64,000 bases of DNA, from positions 1 to 64,000 of the forward strand of contig CAWJKV010000004.1 of assembly GCA_963843555.1 (NCBI GenBank), read 5' to 3'. Of this stretch, positions 11,135 through 22,769 are shown piece after piece. The notes beneath the pieces were generated by a model. The model had not been told where the DNA came from, searched no databases, and was given only the letters and a program-made list of their open reading frames with translations. The first letter of the stretch is position 1. Each line of letters begins with the position of its first letter. Source of the DNA: an uncultured Methanosarcinales archaeon. GTDB taxonomy: Archaea > Halobacteriota > Methanosarcinia > Methanotrichales > Methanotrichaceae. Position numbers and translations under genes: made by a program.

Positions 11135-11493
11135 ACAACTCCATAACCATAGACGGCGAGAAGTTTTCCGCCGATGATCTGATGCTGCTCACAGGAGAGG
11201 ATGAGATCAAGGAGCCAAAGAGCTACATCCTCCTCGTGGCCAGAGCTTTGCATAACCCCATGAGACTGCCCTGGCTGCTCAAGGGGATCTGCAACCTTTG
11301 CATCAAAGAAGAAGACCAGAGGGACATGAGGCTCTGCTTGATCCGGGTGCAGGTGGAAGCCGAGCTGAAGATGAACCAGGATATCCAGAGGTTCCAGCAG
11401 AGGCGCTATGTAGCCCAGGTGATTGAGATCCTGCTCTTCAATGAATTGATGCTCGCGCCGCGGGAGATCGTGGAAGAGGGCGATATGGAGTAA
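11131..11493 (+). CDS. Hypothetical protein
   Basis: 120-aa ORF overlapping the cobY stop; coding-like composition. Confidence 0.65.
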   Translation: MNNSITIDGEKFSADDLMLLTGEDEIKEPKSYILLVARALHNPMRLPWLLKGICNLCIKEEDQRDMRLCLIRVQVEAELKMNQDIQRFQQRRYVAQVIEILLFNELMLAPREIVEEGDME

Positions 11494-11899
11494 TCAAAAT
11501 GATCTTCTTGATGGAGATATAGAGGCGGTGAGTCGCATGGTTTTTATAGTTTTAGGAACTAAAGAATAGTTGGTGAAATGAACTATGCTCACGTCGATAC
11601 GAAAAGTTATAAAAATATTCTTCTTAGTAGTAACTATCGTGCCGCTACTTAAAGCCCTGTCGAGAGAGATGCGCGGCCCCAAGAATGGGGGAGACGATTG
11701 ATCGCCAAATTTGGTATCTCACTTCAAAGGTTTTGAGCCTTTTCGGACCGGCACAGCATCCGATATTTTTGTCCCAAAAACCTCTAATTCTTAAATCTGC
11801 TGCGAATCGCAGAAGCGAATTCACTCCATAGATGACTTATGGATAACCCATCGCAAGTGCAATATCCCATTGAGATGACATTTGCCCTGAGGCCAGGAT

Positions 11900-12949
11900 A
11901 TGCGCGTAATAATGCATATAGATCTGGATGCGTTCTTCCCTTCTGTCGAAGCCCGTTCGAATCCGGAACTGAAGGGGAAACCTCTGGTGGTAGGTGCAGA
12001 TCCAAAAGACGGAAAGGGACGGGGTGTCGTCAGCAGCGCATCCTATGAAGCAAGGATTTTCGGTGTCAGGTCGGCTATGCCCATATCCAGGGCCTGGAAG
12101 CTATGTCCTGATTGCGTTTATCTGAGGCCGAATTTCGAATTGTATATTGTTGCATCTAACAATATAATGAAAATTCTAAAAAGCCATGCAGATAAATTTG
12201 AGCAGGGTGGCATAGATGAAGCTTACATTGATGTTTCCAGCAAAGTAGAAAATTTTGCTGAGGCAAAGGAGCTGGCTCAGAAGATAATGGATGAGATCTT
12301 GAACCAGGAACATCTATCATGCTCAGTAGGCATTGGCCCAAATAAAATAGTTGCGAAAATTGCATCAGATATTAAGAAACCATTCGGCCTGACTGTAGTT
12401 GGAGAGCAGGAAGCAAAAGCATTTTTGTACCCATTACCCGTGGGAAAACTCCCTGGAGTAGGGCCAAAGACGGAAAATAGGTTATTGGAGTTGAAGATCG
12501 AGACGATTGGAGACCTGGCTAACACAAAGCCGGATGCTCTGACGAGACTTTTTGGTGTCTGGGGTGCAAGGTTGCAGAAGTTTGCCAATGGAATCGATGA
12601 TCGGGAGGTGATAGAAGAATACGAGACAAAATCCATAGGACGGGACATCACCTTTGAGAAGGATTTGGATGATGAAGAACAAATTATTGAGGTCCTGGAC
12701 GATTTGGCGGAAGAAGTGCATGAGGAAGTGGTTGCAAGCCTCCTCAGATTTAAAACGATCACAATCAGAGTCAGATATCCGCATTTCGAAACCCATACTC
12801 GCTCCAAATCACTGATGTTTCCGACAAGTGACCTGAATATTCTCAAGAATAGTGCCCGGAGATTGATAGCGCCTTTCATAAGAGGCAGAAAGAAAGTCAG
12901 ATTGATAGGGGTAAGAGTCTCGAATCTGTTGTCACTTCGAGATCATTAG
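11900..12949 (+). CDS. dinB: DNA polymerase IV (Y family)
   Basis: HIDLDAFFPSVE, SSASYEARIFGVRSAMP, GIDEAYID, KIASDIKKPFG, VRLIGV. Confidence 0.97.
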   Translation: MRVIMHIDLDAFFPSVEARSNPELKGKPLVVGADPKDGKGRGVVSSASYEARIFGVRSAMPISRAWKLCPDCVYLRPNFELYIVASNNIMKILKSHADKFEQGGIDEAYIDVSSKVENFAEAKELAQKIMDEILNQEHLSCSVGIGPNKIVAKIASDIKKPFGLTVVGEQEAKAFLYPLPVGKLPGVGPKTENRLLELKIETIGDLANTKPDALTRLFGVWGARLQKFANGIDDREVIEEYETKSIGRDITFEKDLDDEEQIIEVLDDLAEEVHEEVVASLLRFKTITIRVRYPHFETHTRSKSLMFPTSDLNILKNSARRLIAPFIRGRKKVRLIGVRVSNLLSLRDH

Positions 12950-12977
12950 ATACTTTTTTCATCAAAGTAGACGGTAT

Positions 12978-14115
12978 ATGCTTATGGAGTCGAATACCAA
13001 AGTAAACGAGTACCCGAAATTAACATCTCTCACAGAGATCGACCTGCACGCTCTGGCAAAGATAAGAGATGTGAAGGACACCTTTCTGACAGTCTATTTT
13101 GGAGCCACGGGAAGGGATAGCGACCAATCCGTTGTAGCATCAAGATTAGGTGCCATCCAGAAAGCCCTGCCAAAAGATCTATTGAAGGACTTTCAAGAGA
13201 CGCTCGGCATGGCAAAGACAGCTCTGTCAGCCCCGGGCGTGAAAGGTGAACGCGGCCGGGTCATCTTTGCCTCCGCTACCGCTGGCTTCCTGCACGTCTA
13301 CAGATTGAGCATGGAGGCGGAGCCGCTCGTAGTTTGGAGTAGCACGCCCTTTCTTCTTCCCCTGGCCAGGCTGAAGGAGGAATTCGAGGACTACGGCCTT
13401 TTGCTTATCGACTCCCAGGAGGCCAGGCTCTTTCTGGTGAGGTCTAACTTGCTGGAGGAGAACGAGAAATCCTCTATAGACCTCATGAACAAGCACAAGA
13501 AAGGAGGTTGGAGCCAGATGCGCTACAACCGTCTCCAGAAGGGGTCAGATCAGTTCCTTCTTCACCAAGCTTATCGAAGATTTGCAGGAGAACGAAGATC
13601 TGGCCAGGATGCGCGGCCTGGTGGTGGCAGGTCCCGGCGAGGCCAAGGACCAGCTTATAGAGATGATGCCTCCTGCCCTGAAGGAAAGGTCATAGGAAGT
13701 CTGGATATCTCTATGGAAGCGTCCTCAAAAGACCTGGTGGAGCGAGGCCGGGATCTTTCCCATGAGGAGGAGCTCTCCAGGGAAAAGGTTCTGGCTGAAA
13801 AGCTGAAAGAAGCCGTGCTGCGCGGCCATCCGGCAGCCTACGGCCTGGCCGAAGTGGGAATTGCCCTGAAGAATGGACGGGTGGATTACCTTTTGATCTC
13901 AGAGGGCTTTGCCCTTCCTGCAATGATCTGCACAAGCTGCCACCACATTGAATCAGAGGGAGAGAAGGTGCCCCACCTGTGGTGGAGAAGCGGCGGCACT
14001 CACCCTGGAGAGCCTCTATAAGCTGGCAGAGAGAATGGGTGCGGAGGTCGTTTTGGTGGAGGACGACGCTTTCCTGGAAAGCCTTGGGAATATAGGGGCC
14101 ATACTGAGGTACTGA
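12978..14115 (+). CDS. eRF1-like release-factor paralog (baeRF/Vms1-like), frameshifted
   Basis: NKHKKGGWSQMRYNR loop; other frames give LVVAGPGEAK and GNIGAILRY* (TGA 14113-14115); CxxC zinc ribbon near the C-terminus. Confidence 0.75.
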
Positions 14116-14244
14116 AAGGATTTTTCGTTTTGGCCGAGCCCTGCAGCCGGCCTGATTTTCATTAAGCGCAATTAAACCCAAAGGTACCTCCTGGAATGGT
14201 ATGCATTCTAGGAATGAGCTCGTGCTTTTCTTCGCTCTTATCTC

Positions 14245-14499
14245 CTAATCCTCAGAGGACGTTATACTGACCTCTTGCCAGTGTTTGCCTCTGTGCGGAG
14301 ATTTCCTCAATGCTTCTTCGCGCTCCGCATTAAGAAGTCCGTCGAGCCAATCGTTAAGCTTCTTGCCAGGATTATGCTCTGTCCAGTAAGATTGCAGCCG
14401 AATATGCTGGTCGCACAGGTGGTTTAAGCTTATGCCACGCTGGCAGATAGTTCCGCCGCACGGTCCGTGGCCTTTGAGGTCGCACTCTGGTGAATTCAT
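14245..14499 (-). CDS. Small hypothetical Cys/His-containing protein
   Basis: 84-aa ORF co-oriented downstream of mch, with an RBS-like sequence (GGAAGTGA) upstream. Confidence 0.5.
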   Translation of the reverse strand: MNSPECDLKGHGPCGGTICQRGISLNHLCDQHIRLQSYWTEHNPGKKLNDWLDGLLNAEREEALRKSPHRGKHWQEVSITSSED

Positions 14500-14566
14500 T
14501 TCACTTCCTGGATGTGCGACGAGCTTATCTAGCTTACCCCGGGGCTTTGCTCCTTTTCGAAAGCTC

Positions 14567-15541
14567 CTAGCGAGCCGGCTCCAGCGTTTCCAGATTGAAG
14601 GACTCGGCCAGAACCTTTGCGTTCACTTCGCCACACACGAACGTTCGCCGTGACAGAGTCTCATTCATCACGACCTTGGCCGGTGCAAAGACATTGTGAT
14701 CCACCTTAAAGAAGTCAAAGCCTGCCGCCTTGAATGTCTTGTAGAAAGGCGCTCCGTAGTCTCGAGAGGCAAGCGATGGCATGCCTTTCAAATATTTCTG
14801 CAGCTCCTCCAGGTTCTCATACTCCAATGTGTAGTATGTCTCTCCGCCGTAAATTATGGCGTCGTTGGAGGAGCCCATGCACATGGTTGCATCACCGGTA
14901 ATTGGCGAGATGGGCGCCCGGCCCCAGCCACTTTTGATGGTGTTGATGTCAAAGTCCATGGTGAAGAGCTTATGGAGGCCTGTCTCGACTACGCGAGCCG
15001 AGACCTGCACCAGGCCGGCCACTGAGTCCGTAGGGGCTACGGCAATTCTCAGATCGGCCGGATCGATGCCACACTTTTCTGCAATCAGGGCTGAGACCTT
15101 CTCGTCCGGCAGCTTATTCGACTCCAGCACCAGAACTCCTATATCCGAGAACTCTTCGAAGCCGATCTTCTCATAGAGCTCTCGCGTCTTTCTGGCCAGC
15201 ACCCGCGCCGGACCGCTGCCCATAGCGAAGTACTTGTCTGCCTTGATCTGCCACATAGCGCACTGGGAAGCCATGCATGAGAGGGCCGGATAGTCTGTGG
15301 CCACCTGGACACCAGGCAAAAGAGTGCCATTGATATCGTAGGGGACAAGCTGGATGTCGGAAAGATCTGCCATGCAGAGGCGAGAGAGGTAGACTCCTGC
15401 ACCCAGACCTCCCCGGGCCTTCACACCCGCATCTGCAACAACAGTGCCATTATCGAGCTCATGGACCTCTATTTGCAGCTCATCTCCATAATCGAGCATC
15501 TCTTCGAAGACCTCGAATCCCATCTCATTAATTCCCATCAA
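14567..15541 (-). CDS. mch: Methenyltetrahydromethanopterin cyclohydrolase
   Basis: YFAMGSGPAR, VQVSARVVETGLHK, MGSSNDAIIYGG, SRDYGAPF...FDFFKVDHNVFAPA. Confidence 0.97.
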   Translation of the reverse strand: MMGINEMGFEVFEEMLDYGDELQIEVHELDNGTVVADAGVKARGGLGAGVYLSRLCMADLSDIQLVPYDINGTLLPGVQVATDYPALSCMASQCAMWQIKADKYFAMGSGPARVLARKTRELYEKIGFEEFSDIGVLVLESNKLPDEKVSALIAEKCGIDPADLRIAVAPTDSVAGLVQVSARVVETGLHKLFTMDFDINTIKSGWGRAPISPITGDATMCMGSSNDAIIYGGETYYTLEYENLEELQKYLKGMPSLASRDYGAPFYKTFKAAGFDFFKVDHNVFAPAKVVMNETLSRRTFVCGEVNAKVLAESFNLETLEPAR

Positions 15542-15672
15542 GCCGGATCACCTTTTCCTCACCAAGAATGCAATCGGCCATAAAAGTCTATCGACCGGAT
15601 AGTTCTGCATGCTGCAGAATCATCTTCAGTGACTCATATTTTAGGCGGATCTGCAGTGGTGGTAGAAGAATG

Positions 15673-15777
15673 TCTCCCGGGCGAGCCCAATAATACATAT
15701 TTGGGCCTCGGACTCCGGGAGAGCGAATCCCTGAGGTTTTCCTTTATCCCTGATGCGTCTATGAAATCAGGGAAAGG
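15673..15777. terminator. Two adjacent hairpins between the glycoprotein gene and mch (terminator or processing element)
   Basis: TCTCCCGG...CCCAA/TTGGG...CCGGGAGA (15673-15722) and CCTTTATCCCTGAT/ATCAGGGAAAGG (15741-15777). Confidence 0.4.
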
Positions 15778-15789
15778 TCGTAGTGCTGC

Positions 15790-16515
15790 TCAGATCACAT
15801 CGAAGTTGAAGGCTATGTTGCCTAAATCACTAACCGGCTTGGCGGGAGAGCCCAATTCATAAGTCTGGGTTTGACTATAGCCACCGATCTGGGTGGGTTC
15901 ACCGGTTTTGGGGCCGACGCCAAGGACGAAGACCGGATTCGCGGGAGATCCAACCTGCATTACAGAGGGCTGCGAGACAGTTGCCGTTGCGCCGGCTATA
16001 ATCACAGGCTCTGCGTTGAGCGTGGCGTTTTCCTGCATTGTGATATTCTGATCAGGTACAATCACATTCAGAGCAGGGATGGTCTCATTCTGGACCGGAA
16101 TAGTCACGTTCTGTGCCGGGGCTGTCTCCACAGGAATTGTCTCATTTTGAGCAGGCATGGTAAAATTCTGCACAGGAATCGTCTCATTTTGGACCAAAAC
16201 GGTCTCCTTCTGAGCAGCGGTGGTTTCATTCAGCACAGTCTGGTTCAGAGTCTCGTTAGCAGTCACATTGAGATCCACGCCAGGAACTATAATCAGTGTT
16301 TCATTTGTTGTGTCGTTGATAGATTCAACGGCGCTGGCGTTCAGAGTCTGATTTTGAGTCTGATTTATGGATACGTTCAATGTCGTATTGTTCAATGTCG
16401 TGTTGTTCATGGTGGTGTTATTCAGGGCAGACGTATTTTCCTGAGCAGTGACGGCGAGAATTGCGGCCGTCATCAGGAACAGAACGCCTGCAAAATATAT
16501 AAATTGTTTACTCAT
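15790..16515 (-). CDS. Secreted low-complexity glycoprotein-like protein
   Basis: Signal peptide MSKQFIYFAGVLFLMTAAILAVTA; 24 N-x-S/T sequons counted; PVQNETI-like repeats. Confidence 0.75.
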   Translation of the reverse strand: MSKQFIYFAGVLFLMTAAILAVTAQENTSALNNTTMNNTTLNNTTLNVSINQTQNQTLNASAVESINDTTNETLIIVPGVDLNVTANETLNQTVLNETTAAQKETVLVQNETIPVQNFTMPAQNETIPVETAPAQNVTIPVQNETIPALNVIVPDQNITMQENATLNAEPVIIAGATATVSQPSVMQVGSPANPVFVLGVGPKTGEPTQIGGYSQTQTYELGSPAKPVSDLGNIAFNFDVI

Positions 16516-16661
16516 ATAATTCCTCGGCCTCATCTCATAGCTTGGGAGCTTATCAATTTTACCCATCTTTGAGACCGCAGATGCCAATCGAAGCACTTCA
16601 AACACTCTTTATCTTGCCGTCATCCTCTCCCAGTTCGCAGGTATCGCTGGCGACGAACCCT

Positions 16662-17357
16662 TCATCGCTTGCGCCTCAGCTCGCAGACTATCTTGCCGTC
16701 CACGATGCGCAGGATGCGGTCCGTCTTCTCGGCCAGAGTCATGTCATGCGTCACCAGAATAAAGGTCTGATTGATCTTGCGGTTCAATTCCCGCAGCAGG
16801 TTATAGATGAGATCGGAGGATTTGGTGTCCAGGTTGCCGGTCAGCTCGTCGCCTATAACTATGGACGGCCCATTGGCCAGGGCCCGGGCCACGGCTACTC
16901 GCTGGTTCTGGCCGCCGGAGAGCTGATTGGGCCGATTCTGTCTGCCGATCGGCCAGGCCCACCGCAGACAGGAGTTCCAGGAGCCTTCTCTCGCGCTGCT
17001 GCCTTGCTCTTTCTTGGCGATGAGCATGGGCATCATGACGTTCTCCAGGGCGGAGAACTCCGGGATGAGGTGATGGTACTGAAAGACGAAGCCCAGCTCC
17101 TGATTGCGCAGCCGGGCTCGCTCTTCAGGGCTGGCCCGGCTGACATCTATTCCTTTGAGAAATATCTGGCCAATGCTGGGCGTGTCCAGGAGGCCGATCA
17201 TATTGAGCAGAGTGCTCTTTCCGCTGCCGCTCGGGCCCACAATGGCCACGAACTCGCCCGCCTTGATGCTGACGCTGACGCCGTCTAGGGCCCGTACCTC
17301 TACGCCGTTTCCATAGATCTTGCTCAGATCTTTGAGCACAATTATGTCGTCACTCAC
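16662..17357 (-). CDS. ABC transporter ATP-binding protein (LolD/MacB family)
   Basis: GPSGSGKST Walker A, LSGGQNQR signature, DELTGNLD, LVTHD; a short frame-scrambled patch in the middle. Confidence 0.93.
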   Translation of the reverse strand: MSDDIIVLKDLSKIYGNGVEVRALDGVSVSIKAGEFVAIVGPSGSGKSTLLNMIGLLDTPSIGQIFLKGIDVSRASPEERARLRNQELGFVFQYHHLIPEFSALENVMMPMLIAKKEQGSSAREGSWNSCLRWAWPIGRQNRPNQLSGGQNQRVAVARALANGPSIVIGDELTGNLDTKSSDLIYNLLRELNRKINQTFILVTHDMTLAEKTDRILRIVDGKIVCELRRKR

Positions 17358-18512
17358 TTGCTATCGCCTCCACGGGATCAAGCCTGGCGGCCGAGTAGGC
17401 CGGATAAATTCCAGCGATCAGAGTTGAGGGCCAGGGCAAAGATCATGGCGTAGACAAAGTACTCCGGCCGGGCGACAATCAGCACGCCCTGCTTTGCCTG
17501 CTCCGTGCTTGTCACATCCAGGGGAAGAAGGGATATCAGCTTAGCCAGACCAAGGCCGAGCAAGCAGCCCAGGGCTCCAGCCGGCACGCTGATGAGCATG
17601 TTCTCCAGCAAGAAAATCTTGAGTATGGAGCTTCTATCCGCTCCCATGGCCATGAGGATGCCTATCTCCTTTTTCCGTCTGCTGACCACCATGATCGTCG
17701 TATTGGCTATTACAAAGGCCGATATTAATAGTATGAATATGTAGAAGAGCATGTTTGTCACATTTTGATTGCCCACGAATCTGGCGATCTCCTTGCTGAA
17801 GTCCTGCCAGCTGGTGGTCTTGTACCGGCTTTTTCCATTCATCTCCAGGGCCAAGGCCGGAGCATCGGCTGAAATCCACAAGTTTCACACCGATCTCGGA
17901 GACCACATCGCCCTGGCCGATAAGCTCTTGGCTGTATCCAGAGAGATGTAGACCAGTGTCTCATCCTTGACCGTTCCCTTTTCCAGCAGACCGATGACCT
18001 TCAGCCGCACGGAATTGTTCTTAAAGTAGAGATAAAAGTCGCCGCCCGGCCTGATCTTGAGGCTCTCTGCCAATTTCACACCCAGGACTGGCGCCCTTCT
18101 TATTGAATATGAGGTCTGAGAAGTTGCCGGAGATCATGGACTCTTGCACGGCCATGAGCCGGTTCTCCTCGAACGGATGCACGCCCACAAATTCCACACC
18201 CTGCACATGATCCTGAAAACGCGCTGCTCCCTGGCCCACCAGCCGGGGCGAGACGGATAAAACGCCCGGATAGTTCTGCATCGTCTCTGAGAGCGTCCGG
18301 TACATATTGATATAGCTCTCCGTCTCCTTGGGATTGACTATGAGGTGCGGATTTTTCTCAATCGTATTCTCCAGGATCTGCACCCTTACCCCTTCCGTAA
18401 GTCCCAGAGACATGATGATGATGCCCACCGCTATGGCGACGGAGATCATAGTGAATGCGGTGCCCCTCCGGTTGGTCGCCACATGCCGCAAGGCAATATC
18501 AAGTTCGAACAT
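17350..18512 (-). CDS. ABC transporter permease (LolC/E, FtsX family), several frameshifts
   Basis: RRKKEIGILMAMGA; shifted C-terminus IYPAYSAARLDPVEAI. Confidence 0.85.
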
Positions 18513-18523
18513 CTCCTCTTCCC

Positions 18524-19731
18524 TCAGCCGCCCCGCAGGGCCATGACCGGATCGAGCCGGGAGGCTTTTCTTGCCGGATAGACGGCCGCCACTATGCTCA
18601 AAGCTACCGCCCAAAAGACGAGCAGGAAGATCTCCCAGGGGTTTATGATGAGGGGCAGAGTGGTAATCTCGCTGCCTGCCGGCTGCGATCTCAAAGGGAA
18701 CATTTCCCAGAAGCAGCACGCCCGCCAGGCCGAGAGCTGTGCCGACTGCCGCACCCATAAGACCCAGGATGGCGCTCTCCACCAGAAAGATATTTCTGAT
18801 ATTCGATCTGCCTGGCACCCATGGCCATGAGCATGCCGATCTCTCTTGTCTTCTCCACCACGAGCAGGTTCATGATGCTGGCCACGCCGAAGAAAGCCAC
18901 CACCATAAAGAGCAGGACCGAGAATCTTGTCCAGAAGCCGCCGATGTTTATGGCCCGCATGATCTCGGGATTGTTCTCCTGCCAGCTCAAGGCAGTTGTA
19001 GCCCCAGGTGGAGATCTGGGCGGCCAGCTCTTCTGCCTGGGCTATGTCCTGCAGGCTGATCTCGACGGCATTTATCACATCCCCTTTATCTCGAAAATTG
19101 CGGGCGGTCTTCAAAGAGACAAAGACCACCATCTCATCCAGAGGCGTGCCGGTAAAAAAGATTCCGGTGACAGTTAGATCTGTTGCTCTGGCTTGGGAAA
19201 TGTGGCGCAGAATCTTATCCCCCAGCTTTGAAATCCAGAGATTCCGGCCAGGGTACGGCCGACGACGGCATTTCTGGTTTGCTGAATGCTGCCAAAATCC
19301 CCCTGCACCATTGATGCACCGATCTTGTAGATCTTGTCTATTTCCAGGGGATTTGATCCCTTTAGCAGAGCATTTTTGGTCTTGTCTTTGCGAGATAGTG
19401 TGGCTGTGGTCGAGAGGGATGCGGCGTACTGGATTTTATGCCCGGCAGGGTGCTTATCCTATCCAGAAGGCCCTTGTAGAGGTGAATGAAGTCCTCGCCC
19501 TGGCTTTGGCTTGACTACAACATGGGGGAGCTTCTCTTCCACGAGGCCGGTGAGAATCTGCTGCTGGCCGGTGACAAGAGAGGTGAAGATGACCGAGATG
19601 CTCACAGCCAAAGCTACCGCCAGGACAGAGAGAAGAGTCTGGCGTCTTCGGGAGATTATGTGCCTGATGGCTATGGTCACGGCCAGAGGGTTGACAACCT
19701 TCAGAGTTTTTAGATCCATAATGAGATCCAT
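18524..19731 (-). CDS. ABC transporter permease (LolC/E, FtsX family), several frameshifts and a garbled 19180-19440 segment
   Basis: RHIISRRRQTLLSVLAVAL, EKTREIGMLMAMGA, YPARKASRLDPVMALRGG. Confidence 0.8.
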
Positions 19732-20028
19732 TTTGCGATCCGCTGGATTTCGTGATCTGTCAGATCCATCTAGATCTGATGCCGTTCGCTTTATTTATTC
19801 CTTTATCACGGGTTGCCAGGACTTTCTTCAGATCATTGCAGTTCAGTATTATCAAGCTGATGGGTTGTGTGACTGATCACAGAGAAGAGAGGCCGGAGGC
19901 GAAGAATCGATTTGGGACGATCGACTTCACAGACATTAAAAAACTCTTGATTATGTCTTTAGTAGAACCCAGAAAATATTTAAGGATCATTGTCGTATGA
20001 GGTTTGGAGTTCGTGGAAGGTGGGTCTC

Positions 20029-20472
20029 ATGGGCATCATCTTTAAAGGAATTGGAGTTGTCATAAGTCTAATCGTTCTCTTGCAGCTGCTTGGTGCACCC
20101 GTTTTCGGAACGGATACCAAGACGGCATACACTCAGGATGGAATACATTTCGTAACCAAGGAACGAATGGATGAAAATATAAAATATGAGTACGCAAAAT
20201 CCGGCGATTATCGAGAGCTACAGGTCCCTCTGAATACAATAGTTGTAAATGCATCAGTTATTCCAGAATCGGCTTTAGACCAGGATAAAGAAGAGACGAA
20301 TGAGCAGGAAGAAATACAACCTTCCGAGCCCCGTCAAACTGCTCTTGCATCGGCTGGAGAAGACGGGACGAAATACCCGTATGCAACTCTGGGTATTGGG
20401 CTGCTGTTAATTGTCGGCCTGGTCGTGTTTGCAGCGTGGATCATCAATGGGCGAAGTCATCAACGAAAATAG
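20029..20472 (+). CDS. Hypothetical membrane-anchored protein
   Basis: N-terminal hydrophobic/signal segment, acidic linker, C-terminal TM segment and basic tail. Confidence 0.6.
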   Translation: MGIIFKGIGVVISLIVLLQLLGAPVFGTDTKTAYTQDGIHFVTKERMDENIKYEYAKSGDYRELQVPLNTIVVNASVIPESALDQDKEETNEQEEIQPSEPRQTALASAGEDGTKYPYATLGIGLLLIVGLVVFAAWIINGRSHQRK

Positions 20473-20628
20473 AAATTTTAAAGCATTGCATAGATCGACA
20501 GCAATAGCATGTAGATAGCGACCTTCCCAGCCACCCTCTTATGCTCAAAATCCCGTGCCAGAGAATGGGCCGGGCAAAATGTTTTTAACCAGTTGCGGCG
20601 ATGACTTTCCCAACGAATGGAAGGGTCT

Positions 20629-22767
20629 ATGGCTAAATTGGCATTTTTTCTGGCCATGATATTGGCGCTATCCTTAGCCTGCTCTGCCATAGTCGACTCG
20701 CAGCCATCGCAGCCTCAATTCAAGAATTCTACGAATACCGCTCTAGTGACATTGCAAAGGTTGATAGATGCAATTGAAGGAAGTGCAAGTAGTCCTGGCC
20801 CCCTGGCGGAGAAGAATGCCACCGGGATCATTCCCCGTGAGGTTCTCTTCGGCACACCCGGAGCGAGTTGGGGTTCTCATCAGCCCGGATGGCAAATGGA
20901 TCAGCTACCTGTCAGCTTTGAGCGGATTTTTCAATGTCGTGATAGCCCCCGTGGATGATATATCCGCGGCAAGATCTGTCACAAATGAGACAATTCGTGG
21001 TGTTGAGAGCCACTTCTGGGCTTTTACTAATCGCCATATCATCTACAGTCAGGATACAAATGGCGACGAAAACTGGCACATTTACTCTGTTGACATAACA
21101 ACTGGTGCGAAGCTGGACCTCACACCCTATAAAAGCGCCAGCGCGTATGTACAAGGAGCCAGTAGCAAGTTCCCCAAGGAGCTCCTGATAGGCCTGAATG
21201 ATAGAAATTCCGAGTACCATGACCTATACCTGATTAATATCACGACAGGGGATAGGCGTCTGGTCCAGAAGAATGACGAGTTTGCGGCGTTCGTTGTCGA
21301 TGATGATTTAAGAGTTCGTTTGGCGGCTATTGTGACATCCAGCGGAGACGTAGACTACCTCAAGCCCACTGGCAACGGCTCCTGGGAACCATTCATGAAG
21401 ATCAAGTACGAGGACAGCGCCACCACTTATCCTATAGGATTCGACAAGACCGGCGACATCCTTTACATATCGAATAGTCGCGGTAGGAATACGGCTGCAA
21501 TAGAATCCATGAACCTGGATACCGGCGAGATGGAAGTCCTGGCTGAGGATCCAAAGGCAGACCCCGGCATGATGTTGATTCATCCCACCGAGAAGACCGT
21601 CCAGGCAGTGGATTTCAACTATTACCGGCGTAATTGGACGGTTTTGGATGAGATCTATCAAGCCGGATATCGAATACCTGCACGAAGTCCATGAAGGGGA
21701 TCTGGCTGTGACCGCCCGCACTCTGGATGATAGTCGCTGGATAGTCGCATTTATCAGTGACAATGGTCCCGTTCGGTACTACATCTACGATCGGAACGCC
21801 AGGGCAGCCCAGTCGCTGTTCAGTGCTAATAGTCACCAGGAGCATCTGCCCCTATCGAGAATGAACTATACGACGATAAAGTCCCGCGATGGCCTGGACC
21901 TCGTCAGCTACTATACCTTGCCAGTCGGGCCGATAAAGACATGGATGGCATACCTGAAAAGCCGCTTCCTATGGTTCTTCTCGTCCACGGCGGCCCGTGG
22001 GACAGGGACGTGTGGGGATTTGATGAGACACATCAGCTTCTGTCCAACCGTGGATATGCAGTACTCAGTGTCAACTTCAGAGGGTCAACGGGCTTCGGAA
22101 AGAACTTTACAAATGCGGGCGATGGGGAATGGGGCAGAAAGATGCAGTACGATCTCCTGGATGCCGTCAACTGGTCGATAGAGAAAGGGATAGCAGACCC
22201 GGATCGGGTCGCTATAATGGGCTTGAGCTATGGCGGATATGCCACTCTAGCGGGAATGACCTTTACGCCAGAGATATTCGCCTGCGGGGTTGACATATGT
22301 GGACCGTCTAATCTGACATCGTTCCTCCTCACCATTCCTGCCTATTGGAAGCCGGATATTGAGATAAAGTTCCGGAGGATAGGGGATTACAGAACGGAAG
22401 ACGGAAGGAGGCTGCTTCGTGAGCGTTCCCCTCTCACATATGTGGATCGTATCCGGAGGCCGTACTGATCGTTCAGGGGGGCAACGATCCCCGGGTAAAT
22501 AAGAACGAGTCCAGTCAGATCGTCCAGGCCATGCAGGATAGAAGGATTCCTGTAACCTATGCCCTCTACCCAGACGAAGGTCACGGTTTGGTCAGGCCCG
22601 GGAACGGGCTGTCCTTTTACGCGCTTACGGAGGCATTCCTGTCCATGCATTTGGGAGGTAGGTATGAGCCCATAGGCTCGGCCTTGGACGGCTCCAGCAT
22701 TACAGTACCTGTCGGAGCCGATCAGGTGCCGGGACTTGTCGAGGCTCTGGCTCATAAAACCTCGTAA
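20629..22767 (+). CDS. Secreted S9 family peptidase (dipeptidyl/acylaminoacyl peptidase), about 4 frameshifts
   Basis: Signal peptide, ISPDGKWISY propeller start, VHGGPW, NFRGSTGFG, GLSYGGY nucleophile, GGNDPRV, PDEGHG. Confidence 0.92.
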
Positions 22768-22769
22768 GC

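Noticed and set aside
11950..11972. tRNA T-loop-like GTTCGAATCC (also GTTCAAATCC near 35654)
   Set aside because: Both lie inside protein-coding genes (dinB, hicA) with no cloverleaf context.
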